The translations under genes were made by a program, and so were the position numbers. Shown here one piece after another: positions 34,638 through 45,729 of a stretch of DNA of 64,000 nt; position 1 is the first letter of the stretch, and each line of letters opens with the position of its first letter. The stretch is taken from assembly GCA_032718475.1 (NCBI GenBank), contig JAUCBJ010007248.1, positions 52,846-116,845 on the forward strand, read 5' to 3'. The notes under the pieces were generated by a model, which was not told the DNA's origin, did no database searches, and saw only the letters and a program-made list of their open reading frames with translations. The stretch is from Nemertoderma westbladi. Its lineage: Eukaryota > Animalia > Xenacoelomorpha.

Positions 34638-37600
34638 TTACGTTATGGAGTCCCTAGATATTTGTCGGATTAGGGAAGTGGTCGTAGGAAGAGTATCTTG
34701 CCTTCCATAGTTTCCGGACAGTTTTCGGTCTCTTTCCAGTAAACATAAACGACTAGCTGGGCGATTGAGTGGTTGTGTTAGTTTCTCCGCTCCCTTGGCC
34801 TGTCTACTCTCCGCCGTGGTAAGATGAGGAGGCCATTCTTCTTCTTCTTTACTTAAGAAGTCGGATCCACCTAACCAGCCTGGAGTATCTATCAGTTCTT
34901 GAGGAGTTGCTCCTCTGGAAGCGATGTCGGCTGGATTAATCGTCCCAAGGCAATGTCTCCATTGATCTACATTGGAGTTAATATCGTCATTATCTGAGGA
35001 GTATGGTGTTCCCTCAGTTGGGTCGTCCACATCACTGCTCTCCACTTCCCCCTTTACTTGGTATACCTGTTGTTGAGGTAATCTCTCTTTGAGAGTTCTA
35101 CGGGAAGGGCCAGTGAAGTACCAACCTACTCTAGTTCTTACCGCATAGGTTTGTAGTGGCTGTGGTTGAGCAGGCCGTTTCTCTAATGGCTCGAGCGCCT
35201 CATGCGCGTTTTGGCCGATGAGTATTTGCACTCCAGGATAATCGGTTTGGAATCGAGGTATCTCAAGATGTTGGATGCACTCGTCCTCGTCCCAGTTATA
35301 AGGTTCTGCTTGAGTAGTAGCAAAGTTCTTTATAGCCACCATTTTTACTGACCTTATACCTTGTGTTCCTAACTTATCCTGGGGGGTGGACAACACACCT
35401 ACATAGTAATCTGCCGTTAGGGTAGATTTCCAAACCTGCATAATTCCTGACATATTCAATTTAGTCCGGAACTTGGGTTGTCCAGCAAAGATATCTTCGG
35501 CTAGTTCTTGATCGATGAATGTTCCTGTGCTGCCGGAGTCAAGTAGGGCGTTCACTATGTAACTCTTGTTGGGACCATGAACTCGAACTTGCACTACAGG
35601 AAATTCTCTTATTCCTATGTTGGAAGTTGGAACTTTCCAAGATGGTTGTTTGTCAAAAGGAGTTGGAGTAAACTCGTCAGTGTCCTTTTCATCCGTAAGT
35701 GCTCGATACACTGTGGTATTTATTAGATAACAGGATTCGTTGGCATCGGAGAATTCGTCTGTATAGAATCCTTCCCACTCAGAACCTCGGCCAGTGTCGT
35801 TCACATCACTGAATTGGACATGTAGTTCGGGCTCACTTACCTGACTCGGGTTGTCTCGTTCGAACTCACTGTGTAACAAGATGTGATGTTTCGCGCCACA
35901 CTTTGCACACCCTACGTCGGAGTAACAGGTTCGCCGTTGGTGTCCTGATCTGAGGCAATTATAGCATAGCCGCTTATTCCACAGGACTGTACGTCTGTCT
36001 ACAGGGGATTTCTTTAGAAATTCAGCACACGCACTCAAACGGTGAGGCCCGTCGCACAGCGCACATTTTGGTTTGATGTTACTCACCTTAACTTGGTTAA
36101 CGTTATGCACTCTCGTTCTTTCTTCGGGCTTTCTTCCGTGAATTCTCTTAGGAGACGTAGGAGGGGTTGTTGTTACCTGTTCTCTCCTGTCACTGGTTCG
36201 AGACTTGTATTTACTTACGTCTTTATAGGTCTTGTTGTCATAGTAAGATTTTGCTGTGTCTTTCCCGCTGTCCTCTTCTTGAGAAGCTTGGCTTTCGCCG
36301 TCGTCAGTATAACACACTGGTATTATCCTTCTCCTAGAATCGGGTTTCTCACTTACCTTATTTTCCGATGTTTTCTCTCTGGCCTGCCTTATGAGTTGTA
36401 ATTTTACTTCACTATCTAAGAAAGACATGAGATCAGCCATGGTAGGACTTCGTCGTTGTTGTTCATTCATGTACAACACTTTCTTGTCCCAGCGTGTACA
36501 TACTCCACCCTTTGGTAAAGTAGAGACTACGGCTCCAATAACCATGGAACTCTGATATTCATGCGACTTACCTAACCAGTCCAGTTGTCTACAGATCTCT
36601 TGAATTTCATCGGAAAACTCTATAATCCCGCTACTAAGGAAGTGTCGGGGGGCTACTAATTTTGCATACAAATACTTAGCTATGTTATCCTTGTTACCAT
36701 ACCTGATGTTTAGTGTATCCCAAACTTGTCTTAATCCATCTGGATGTCCAATAAACTTTAACGCCATTAACTTGGGAGGTCCTTCCAAGCACTTGATGAG
36801 GAATCTAAGTTTCTCTCCGTTAGATAGTACAGAGTTCTGTATGCTATCTTTGTAATATTCGTTGAAAGGTAACCATTTCATCTCATCTCCATTGAATTTG
36901 ACGATCTCTCCCACTTTGACCGCTTGGCGGGCTTCTGTTCTAGCCATCTGACGCGTAAAGCTTTCTTGGACCATCGTGTTATTTAATATCGAATTATCGG
37001 TATATAAATTTCTCGGATCATTATCAGGTCTATAGGGAATATCATTAATAACAGGTCTATAATCACCCTTAATAGGGTTTGCTATAGGGGTTTCAACTTC
37101 ACTAGCAGTATAGATGCGTGTAGGCTCCACACCTTGCGCATGTAGTACTTCAGACCTAACAGGTTGACACAATGTTACAGGGGGCATTGGTATGCCTTTT
37201 TGTATATTGACTAATTTGTCGCGTTCTAGCGCGATACTTTGCTGCACTTCTTGCAACTCTGCTCTACCTTCCCTCACTGTTCCCTTAAGTTGGTGGACAG
37301 TCTCCTGCATCTGTCCTAGCAGGAGATTCATCCCCCGCCGTCCCTCTTCCACCCACTCAACCGCCGAAGCGGGAGTCGCCAACATAGTAGCGGGCTGACG
37401 CGGGACGACGGGAGACAAATTATTGATTTCTCTCTCTGCTATCTGGACAGGGGTATTTGCATGGACTGTTCCACCGGGTACAGGCAGTGTAGTACTATGT
37501 AAAGGGAATTTAGAGTTAAGCTCTGGAAGTGTAGGGGTCTCTAGCACAGAAGTGACTTTGGGAACAACAGGCCTAATTATTTCAGGTTCATCGACTATAG

Positions 37601-38846
37601 TAGGGAGTCTTTTGACCTGGATAAATTGTTCTATGGGTTCTGCACTACCGAAGTCTGTGCTAGTTAGCTGTCTTTTAACAGCTGGGGGCAAATCAGGCAA
37701 TTTGCGACGGTAATATGTTTTTCTACGCCTACTTAGATGAGATCTATTTCCTCCGCCTTCAGGATCGGTAGTATCGCCTTCCTCCGAGGATGTGTATCCC
37801 TGGCGCTTGGGAGTAGATTTTCTCATCATCTGCATTTGATTAGCAGTAAACTGTTTATTTATACTGTCTTGTGTCTCTTGCAGATTTTCCAACTCCAGTT
37901 GGGTAGTCTGCTCAGATGCTCTCCTTTCTGCTTCTGCCACTGCCTTTGCTGCTTTTCTTTCTGCTTCTGCATCTGCCGCCGCTGCCTTTCTTTCTGCTTC
38001 TGCATCTGCCGCAGCCGCCGCCTTTGCTGCTTTTCTTTCTGCTTCTGCATCTGCCGCCGCTGCCTTTGCTGCTATTCTTTCTGCTTCTACTTCTGCCGCC
38101 GCTGCCTTTCTTTCTGCTTCTGCATCTGCCATAGCCGCCGCCTTTTGTTCCTCTATTCTTCTTTTCTTTATTTGTTCTTCTTGGACTCTAACGAGGCGGA
38201 GTTTTTCATCACATTTAGCTTGTTCTGCAGCTAACATTTCCGCATCGATTGCGTCCAACACAAGCTTGGTTCCTTCACTATTAGGGCGAAGTCCAGACAG
38301 TCGTCTCCTCAACTCTTCGTCTCCTATGAATCGCTGATAGTCTGACAGATATATGTCAATGGCGTCTCTAGTTCGCGGCTTCTCTGCTGCTGTTAATTCG
38401 CTTTCCACTTCGCTTTCCACCTCGCTTTCCACTGGAGAAGAAGTGGCGTCGGTTGATTCTTCATAGGTTGGCCGCTCATCATAAACCATATCCGCCATCT
38501 TCGCTCCGCGTTCGGGCGTCCGCTCAACAGTATCCGAACTACTGGAGCTATCGGGCCGCTGAGAACTAGGTTCTTGGCTAGGAGGTTGCTGCTGTTTTAT
38601 AGCTTCTTCTTGATCCCGCTTGACTTGGGCCCGAGTGCCTATGGCAGACCAACGGCGCTTCACTAACTTCGCAAAATGCGAAATCGCTTCTACCAACCTA
38701 GGTTCTGATACAACCACTGCAGGGGTTGCCCTTCTTACAGTATGAGGGGTTTCAGACCTCGGTCTGGGATTCTCTACACTTTGATCTGAGAAACAGTCTG
38801 TTGTTTCTAGGAGACTATCTGACAGAGTTTGCCTTGTGTCAGCCAT
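34638..38846 (-). CDS. BEL-2 Gag-protease polyprotein with RT/RH and IN cores removed in frame
   Basis: Uninterrupted 1402 aa: KFNGDEMKWLPF, three knuckles (CALC..H....C, CYNC...GH....C, CAKC...HH..LH), LLDSGS, TRVGW..TGP, then WRHC....NPADIASRG, then RPASRLCLLE. Confidence 0.92.
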   Translation of the reverse strand: MADTRQTLSDSLLETTDCFSDQSVENPRPRSETPHTVRRATPAVVVSEPRLVEAISHFAKLVKRRWSAIGTRAQVKRDQEEAIKQQQPPSQEPSSQRPDSSSSSDTVERTPERGAKMADMVYDERPTYEESTDATSSPVESEVESEVESELTAAEKPRTRDAIDIYLSDYQRFIGDEELRRRLSGLRPNSEGTKLVLDAIDAEMLAAEQAKCDEKLRLVRVQEEQIKKRRIEEQKAAAMADAEAERKAAAAEVEAERIAAKAAAADAEAERKAAKAAAAADAEAERKAAAADAEAERKAAKAVAEAERRASEQTTQLELENLQETQDSINKQFTANQMQMMRKSTPKRQGYTSSEEGDTTDPEGGGNRSHLSRRRKTYYRRKLPDLPPAVKRQLTSTDFGSAEPIEQFIQVKRLPTIVDEPEIIRPVVPKVTSVLETPTLPELNSKFPLHSTTLPVPGGTVHANTPVQIAEREINNLSPVVPRQPATMLATPASAVEWVEEGRRGMNLLLGQMQETVHQLKGTVREGRAELQEVQQSIALERDKLVNIQKGIPMPPVTLCQPVRSEVLHAQGVEPTRIYTASEVETPIANPIKGDYRPVINDIPYRPDNDPRNLYTDNSILNNTMVQESFTRQMARTEARQAVKVGEIVKFNGDEMKWLPFNEYYKDSIQNSVLSNGEKLRFLIKCLEGPPKLMALKFIGHPDGLRQVWDTLNIRYGNKDNIAKYLYAKLVAPRHFLSSGIIEFSDEIQEICRQLDWLGKSHEYQSSMVIGAVVSTLPKGGVCTRWDKKVLYMNEQQRRSPTMADLMSFLDSEVKLQLIRQAREKTSENKVSEKPDSRRRIIPVCYTDDGESQASQEEDSGKDTAKSYYDNKTYKDVSKYKSRTSDRREQVTTTPPTSPKRIHGRKPEERTRVHNVNQVKVSNIKPKCALCDGPHRLSACAEFLKKSPVDRRTVLWNKRLCYNCLRSGHQRRTCYSDVGCAKCGAKHHILLHSEFERDNPSQVSEPELHVQFSDVNDTGRGSEWEGFYTDEFSDANESCYLINTTVYRALTDEKDTDEFTPTPFDKQPSWKVPTSNIGIREFPVVQVRVHGPNKSYIVNALLDSGSTGTFIDQELAEDIFAGQPKFRTKLNMSGIMQVWKSTLTADYYVGVLSTPQDKLGTQGIRSVKMVAIKNFATTQAEPYNWDEDECIQHLEIPRFQTDYPGVQILIGQNAHEALEPLEKRPAQPQPLQTYAVRTRVGWYFTGPSRRTLKERLPQQQVYQVKGEVESSDVDDPTEGTPYSSDNDDINSNVDQWRHCLGTINPADIASRGATPQELIDTPGWLGGSDFLSKEEEEWPPHLTTAESRQAKGAEKLTQPLNRPASRLCLLERDRKLSGNYGRQDTLPTTTSLIRQISRDSIT

Positions 38847-40086
38847 GTTTGTTTACACAGTTGAATGCCTACGGCTACAAATACAGTCAAAGTAAGTCTA
38901 GTAATTCAGTATCACCGTTAGCCTAATAATTAATTGCCGATACTGCTGCTCAGTGTAGCGTGATATATATATAATATATTAGAATACCGGTATGCTTATA
39001 ATATATATATAAGTATTATTACAGACTAGATTTGTCACAGAGTACCGGTATATAATTTTAGCACAAATATATATAAATATATAATAGGCCTATCGTGAAT
39101 ACCGGTATGTCAATTATTTTAAAATAATTGAATTTCTGAATGTTAGGGATTACTTGGTTACTTTACTTACTCTATTACCGTTATTTGAGCAGCAGTCCAA
39201 CTGATATTAAGACCTAAGTGTTGTAGAACAGGCCTACTATTTTATTAATAGATTTAGTGGATTTATATGTACCCTTATGAGGGGTTTTATTACAATATTG
39301 AAATAGATGTTACTATTTCTGGGGGGAGTCACTACACAGAAGCTGTGCGCTCTCAGTGGAGTGCTACCTATGGGACACTAAAACAGATAATTCTAATTTA
39401 CCTAAGTTACTTATTACTACAAATTACTTACAATACGGGTGAGATTAATTCTCTAATTAAACACAACAAAAATATTACGTACGAATTTTTTAGGGTAATT
39501 TTACAGGAAGTCTACAACCAGCCTAACAAAGGGTTAGAATTCTGGTTATTACAACGGACAGGGTACTACGGTATTTGAAATAATAAGTAGTAGTAAATAT
39601 ATTGTACTGTCCAGATAGGAAAATACCACCGCCTGACGACCTATAACCGTATCGCTATAGGTACTACGTTATGTATCACGGATTGTTCCTACCCAGAAGC
39701 TAATAGAGCTAACGAATGTGCCTATCAACCTCTTTACAACACAAATATACTGCCTACACTAATTACTTCGGAAAGCACTGTACACTAAACCCTAAATTAG
39801 GTACAAGTACCGGTATAACAAATAATCAGTAGTTAAATATACTTGAACAGTTAAAAGAACCACGGCATCTGCTGGAGTGACCGAAGCACAAAATCTCCAG
39901 TCTTTACCTACGCCGAGCAGCCCTGATGTAGTACCGGGGTTAATTTAACTATAACGGTATGTATAACAAGCACAATTACTGTAGGAATAAACTTGGGGAC
40001 ATGAATGTTGCGAATAATCGCATAAACTCTGAATAATAAATATTACGCTACCCGTACAGAATACTCAAACAAATACAAACCAAACG

Positions 40087-40600
40087 CTGGCAGACTACTA
40101 TTAAGCCTAAACAAACTACAGTATGTGCAGATTCTGAAACTGTTAGTTAGTATGCGTTCTAACACGGTAGTACGACTTACTCTTTAAGAGGGGATTGACC
40201 TTACCGCTTATGGCTGCCCCAACTTACTAACGGCACTTGATCAGACCAACTCTACACACGCAGCAATCCCTTCAGACCCAAAAATAGCCAGACAACAATC
40301 CAGCCTACAAATATTTGAGTAATAACTATTACGGTACCTGAACAGACCACACAAACAAACACAGGCTAAAACACTGGCAGACTACGATCAAGCCTAAATA
40401 AACTACAGTATATGCAGACTCTGAAACTGTTAGTTAGTATGCGTTCTAACACGGTAGTACGACTTATTCTTTAAGAGGGGATTGACCTTACCGCATATGG
40501 CTGCCCCAACTTACTAACGGCACTTTATCAGACAAACTCTACACACGCCGTAATCTCTCCAAACTCAACAACAGTCAGACAGCAGCTCAGCCTACAATTA
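40087..40600. repeat. Direct repeat in the BEL-2 5' leader (period ~287 bp, two copies)
   Basis: CTGGCAGACTAC...CTGAAACTGTTAGTTAGTATGCGTTCTAACACGG...GGCTGCCCCAACTTACTAACGGCAC at ~40087 and ~40374. Confidence 0.85.
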
Positions 40601-40888
40601 TCTGAACAATCTGAGCAGGTTCACACGCCTTCTGCTCAATATTAGCCTACTAGTAAATAAAACCGACAGAAATAAGTAAACTATACAAAAGAATGAGGGG
40701 TGATCAATCCCTATTCCCCTGGCAGCCTACAATATACAATAGATCACAATCGAAATAATACTAAATGTACTTGTACAGCAGTACCGGTACCGGTGATGAC
40801 AGTTAGGCCTACTGACCTACAGAAGTACCGGTTCAGTTTTACCGGTCACTACGGTATTTTGCAACCTTATTGCCTACTGCAATAAGAT

Positions 40889-40900
40889 TATAACTGTTAC
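40889..40900 (-). promoter_or_regulatory. BEL-2 non-tRNA primer-binding site, complementary to its own LTR
   Basis: Sense GTAACAGTTATA directly after the LTR; perfect 12-nt complement at 41642-41653. Confidence 0.75.
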
Positions 40901-42085
40901 TGTTCGCGCTTTTGAAGACCTTTAGCAGTTTAACCTGCCAAAATTTATATGTCTTTTAGTTAATTAACACACCTTTAGCATACGACAATATTTTATGCTA
41001 ATAAACAAAACATTAGCCGAAGCCAGCCCATGCGCGATCATTCACCCGATGGATCTACACCCGGGAGGCTGAATTCGGATGCTTAGATTTTATTATTGCA
41101 GTGTAAGGTTGCAGTGTAAGCCTACTGTATTATTCGATTGATCGCTAATATGTAATTTCTGACAGATATTATTAACTTTCGGGAAATATTAACAGTTCCT
41201 TTAGGACGTGGCGCTCTATCTATTTAAACAGAGCTAGGACTTATACTAAACGCAACGATAAGGCTTATGATTAAAGTATAAGTCGCATTCTTTAGGAAAT
41301 GCTTTGTTACCAGTCACATCACACTCACAATCATGCACACTATTCTGCCGACCGTCAGTATATTTGATCACACATAAAGAGAACAGCAATTGACTCAGGT
41401 AGTGTCTACTAAATAACATTAGATTCAATACACACCACATTGATATAAATCGCAATTGTTATATATAGCCCGCCTCTCTAACCTGTAGTGTATCAAGAAA
41501 ATTGGGAATTTTGGGTGATTTATCCGTATTCTCCAAAGAGCAATATTTCCATCAACAAATAGATACAATTAATAACTGACGGTAAATAGCAGTACAAACA
41601 ATATGATTAGTGCAGTTAAATTAAGTGAGGTAACACCGCCGGTAACAGTTATACTTTCTATAATCTAAGCAGTTTTTGCTAGAGTTGTTCCAAAAGCCGG
41701 TGTTATGGCGAAAAATGGGAACACAACAACAGAAACATGTGACTACTGCTCTATACGAAGATACCAACTCCCTTATTCCACGAAGCTCCCGTTCAACACA
41801 GAGGATGAGCATAGAGATAGGAAATTCAGTTCAGTAGCGCTGGGATAGGTCGAAATCAACGCCTACGCAAATTCTATTGGCCGACACGGACAGCAAGGCT
41901 TAGGCAACCTCTCTAGGCTAGTTGGCCGATTAAACTGAGCCCAGATATCTCCGTACAGCACATCAGCCAATAAGCTGGTAGCTTGCACTATTTTAGTTAT
42001 AAATCCCTTTGAGAGTATTCTAGCGACTGGGGGGGAACTGGCCAGCAAAGGCAAACGTATCAGTTATCCCACAAAAGCTTTTACA
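40901..42085 (-). repeat. BEL-2 5' LTR
   Basis: Direct repeat of 30301-31485. Confidence 0.95.
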
Positions 42086-42992
42086 AAACCCGTATAACGC
42101 AATAAACAAGATGATACTATCTACTGATCAATTTGCTTATTTTCCAAAATTTGGTGCTGGCACAACAATTTTCACCCACCGGCGAAAAATACAATGTTTG
42201 AAAACTCTTATGAAATTTTTACCGATTCCATTGAATTCAGAACACTCACAATCCCGTATAACGCAAGAAACAAGGTGACACAATCAATTTATATATTTGA
42301 TGGTTTTCAAAATTTGGTGCTAGCACCACATTTTGCACCCACTTCCGAAAAATTCAATTTTGTGATAACTAGTTCGAAAATTATATATTCCATTCAATTC
42401 AGAATAGCCATAAACCTCTAAAACGCAAGAAATAAATTGCCACAAATAAGTTTATCAATTGAATGGATTTTCAAAATTTCGTGCTAGCACCAAAATTTGC
42501 ACCCACCACCGAAAAATACAAGTTCGATACGCTTGGTGCAACTCGTATATATTTCATCGAAACCAGAACACCAAAAAACCCCAATTGCGTAAAAAACAAG
42601 TTTCACGCAATCAATTTACAAAATTGACATATTTCAAAATTTGGTGCTGGCACCAAAAATTGGCACCCGCCGAAAAAAACAAGTTTGAAATTTCTAAATC
42701 AATTTATATGAATTCCATCCAATTTCTAACACCAAAAAACCGGTGTAAATCAAAAATAGAGATGTTGCAATTCATATTTAATGAAATGTAATTTTCAAAA
42801 AACGTCTCAAAAAAAGAGCCAAAAGCAAAAAAAAATATTTTTGAAAACGGTTTTCACTACTAGGAAGACAATAGATTTTTAGGAAAAGTCATAAAATTTC
42901 AGATTCCCAACTGCGTTTGTTTCAGAATTATAATAAAAAAACCACGGGGGGGGGGGGGTCATATTGACCCCCCCCCCCCGGGTTTAATAGGG

Positions 42993-43437
42993 TTAATGTT
43001 GATGGAAACTTGACAACCATTGATAATAATCAACTAAGGAAGGTCGATGACTTCCAGTACCTTGGATCATGGATAGAGAGTAGCAAAAAGGACATATAAG
43101 TTAGGAAAGCAAAGGCTTATTGGGTAGCTTTATCAAAAATGGATACCATCTGGAAATCAGATCTCTCCAGGCACCTGAAGACTAAGTTCTTTCGAGCCAC
43201 AGTGGAAAGTGTATTTTTATACGGGGGTGAGACCTGGACACTGACTAAATCACCGAATTCGAATCATCGAATTGATGGTTGCTACACAAGACTACTAAGG
43301 GCAGCCCTAAACATCAGCTGGAGACAACATATGACAAACGCCGAGCTTTATGGTACAATACCACCTGTATCAACCACCCTCCGTGAACGCAGATTAAGAT
43401 TCAGTGGGCACTGCTGGCGAAGTAAAGACGAGGTCAT
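42993..43437 (+). pseudogene. RTE LINE RT, 3' continuation of 25810-26662
   Basis: TTAA-TGTTGATGGA restores MTFNVDGNL; FQYLGSW, FRATVESVFLYG.ETW, RRLRFSGHCWR. Confidence 0.9.
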
Positions 43438-43440
43438 ACC

Positions 43441-44520
43441 AGATGGAGAATCGGGAAGCCTGGAAGGATCTCATTTCCACTGTCGGAGTTCGCTCGACCT
43501 AGTAGTAGTATGTTTGAGAATGAAATTCAAGTTTGGTTGACAAATGGGTTTATTGTAGAATATGACCCGATTGTACACGGTGAAATTGAATGTGTGTTAC
43601 CGTTAATGCCTGTGGTCCAGGAACACAAGATCACAACTCCTGTGAGACCTGTATTAGATTACTCAATGTTAAATAGTTGCTTGGTGAGTTTTCCAGGACA
43701 ACAAATGGGAATATGTAATAATAAATTGCGAAACTGGCGACAGGGTTCATCAAATAGTACGATTATAGATATTAAAAAAGCATATTTACAGATAAGAGTT
43801 GCTCCATATTTGTTGAAATATCAAGCACTTTTATACAAAGATACTATTTATATAATGACACGAATGGGGTTTGAATTAGAGATTGCGAGAAAAGTTTTAG
43901 AAACTGTGATTGAGTTCATCTTTAGTGTTAGCAAATTTCCCGAAAATGCAGTAGATTTCTATGTGGATGATGTCTATTGTGATGAGAATTTGGTATCTGC
44001 AAGTTCAGTGGAAATTGCTTTGAACAATTACGGTTTACCCACAAAACCCCCTACAAGTATCAAAGAAAATGACGTTTTGGGCTTACATGTATTCGAAGCA
44101 AATTCTGAGTTGTGTTGGAAGCGACGTAACAAAGGTGATCTTATACCAGATTTATTTAGCATGATTCGAAGAGGTCTACATTCATGGACTGGTAAGGTAA
44201 CTGGCCTATATCCCGTATGCAGTTGGTTACGATTAGCCTGCAGTTGGTTGAAACGACAATGTATAGGAGATTGGGATAGTCCAGTTGACTCATGGATATT
44301 AAAATTGGTGAAAGTTACATGGGAGAGCATATGTAATAACGATCCAGTATGTGGAGTATGGAATGTAAATACTCTTAATGGAAATTGTGTGATGTGATGC
44401 TAGTGACATTGCTAGAGGAGTTCTTCTAGAAGTCGATGGTAGAATAATTGAGGACGCTGCTTGGCTACGAAAGAAAAATGAATCAAAAGCTCATATCAAT
44501 GTGGTGGTCAACAGCGTGGT
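43441..44520 (+). pseudogene. Divergent LTR-retrotransposon pol fragment (RT to start of RNase H), BEL/Pao-like
   Basis: PVVQ..K...VRPVLDY..LN, DIKKAYLQI, TRMGF, FYVDD, VLGL, CDAS..A.GV, EDAAWLR, HIN. Confidence 0.75.
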
Positions 44521-44540
44521 CGATGTAATCAATCTCGAGC

Positions 44541-45729
44541 TCGTTTGTCATGTGTTGTCTCCAGCTGATGTTTAGGGCTGCCCTTAGTAGTCTTGTGTAG
44601 CAACCATCAATTCGTTGTTCAAGTGATTTAGTCAGTGTCCAGGTCTCACCCCCGTATAAAAATACACTTTCCACTGTGGCTCGAAAGAACTTAGTCTTCA
44701 GGTGCCTGGAGAGATCTGATTTCCAGATGGTATCCATTTTTGATAGAGCTACCCAAGCCTTTGCTTTCCTAACTTCTATGTCCTTTTTGCTACTCTCTAT
44801 CCATGATCCAATGTACTGGAAGTCATCGACCTTCCTTAGTTAATTATTATCAATGGTTGTCAAGTTTCCATCAACATTAAAGGTCATAAATTCGGTCTTG
44901 GTAGCATTTATATGCAATCCAACCTCCTTAGCAGCCCTCTCCACTTGATTTAGTAGAAGCTGTGCATCTGCTAGCGTATTAGAGAGCAGGGCGATGTCAT
45001 CCGCAAAGTCGGTGTCTGTGACTGTAGTTGCCGGATATCTACTACTTCTGCGTTCTTGAAGTGTGAATCCCAGATCTTCACCCTTTGTGGCCGTCCTCAT
45101 TGCGTAATCCAGCACAATTACAAATAGTAATGGTGCTAATGTGTCACCTTGCAATACGCCAGCCAGGATTGAGAAAAATTCAGTTTCACCATCTGGTGAG
45201 AGTACCTGCGCTTCTGTGTCACAATATAACAATCCAATGCCATCAATAATTACTTCTGGTATTCCATAAGCTCGTAGGATTTCAAGCATTTTACCTCTAT
45301 GGATGGAGTCGAATGCCTTCTTGAAGTCCACAAAAGTCATGACTGCGGGGAGATTCTTTGACTTAATTCCTTCAATCAGTCTCCGTAGTGCAAGTATCTG
45401 AGCTATTGTTGATCTACTTGGTCGAAATCCGTTTTGGCTCTTACGCAGTAGTTTCTCTATGTGAGGCCTAATCCTATATAGAATCATTTTATTGTATATT
45501 TTGGCAGCTACCACAAGCAGACAGATCCCAGGATAGTTCGTTGGTATGCCGAGGTCTCCTTTCTTGGGGAGAGGCTTTGGTTGACCTTTACTCCAAATTG
45601 GTGGTGGCTTTTCCCCTTTTAGCATACGGTTGCAAACATTCAATAATGGTCTATTTAGCACTCCGGTTTTCCATACCTCCGCTGGGATTTCATCTAATCC
45701 ACTTGCTTTATTATTGGACATGCTTTTAA
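44541..45729 (-). pseudogene. Second RTE LINE RT fragment, inverted
   Basis: ORFs 44840-45721 and 44483-44737 nearly identical to the plus-strand copy; in-frame stop at 44840. Confidence 0.92.

Larger units (their letters stand above)
30301..42085 (-). mobile_element. Non-autonomous BEL/Pao LTR retrotransposon (BEL-2)
   Basis: 1185-bp LTRs with TG...CA ends, TSD AAACC (30296-30300 and 42086-42090), BEL gag-PR ORF lacking RT and IN cores. Confidence 0.95.
29651..42992 (+). mobile_element. MITE-A copy 2 (29651-30300 plus 42086-42992), split by BEL-2
   Basis: Near-identical to copy 1, lacks the first 4 nt; right end GGG|TTAA rejoins the RTE sequence. Confidence 0.88.
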
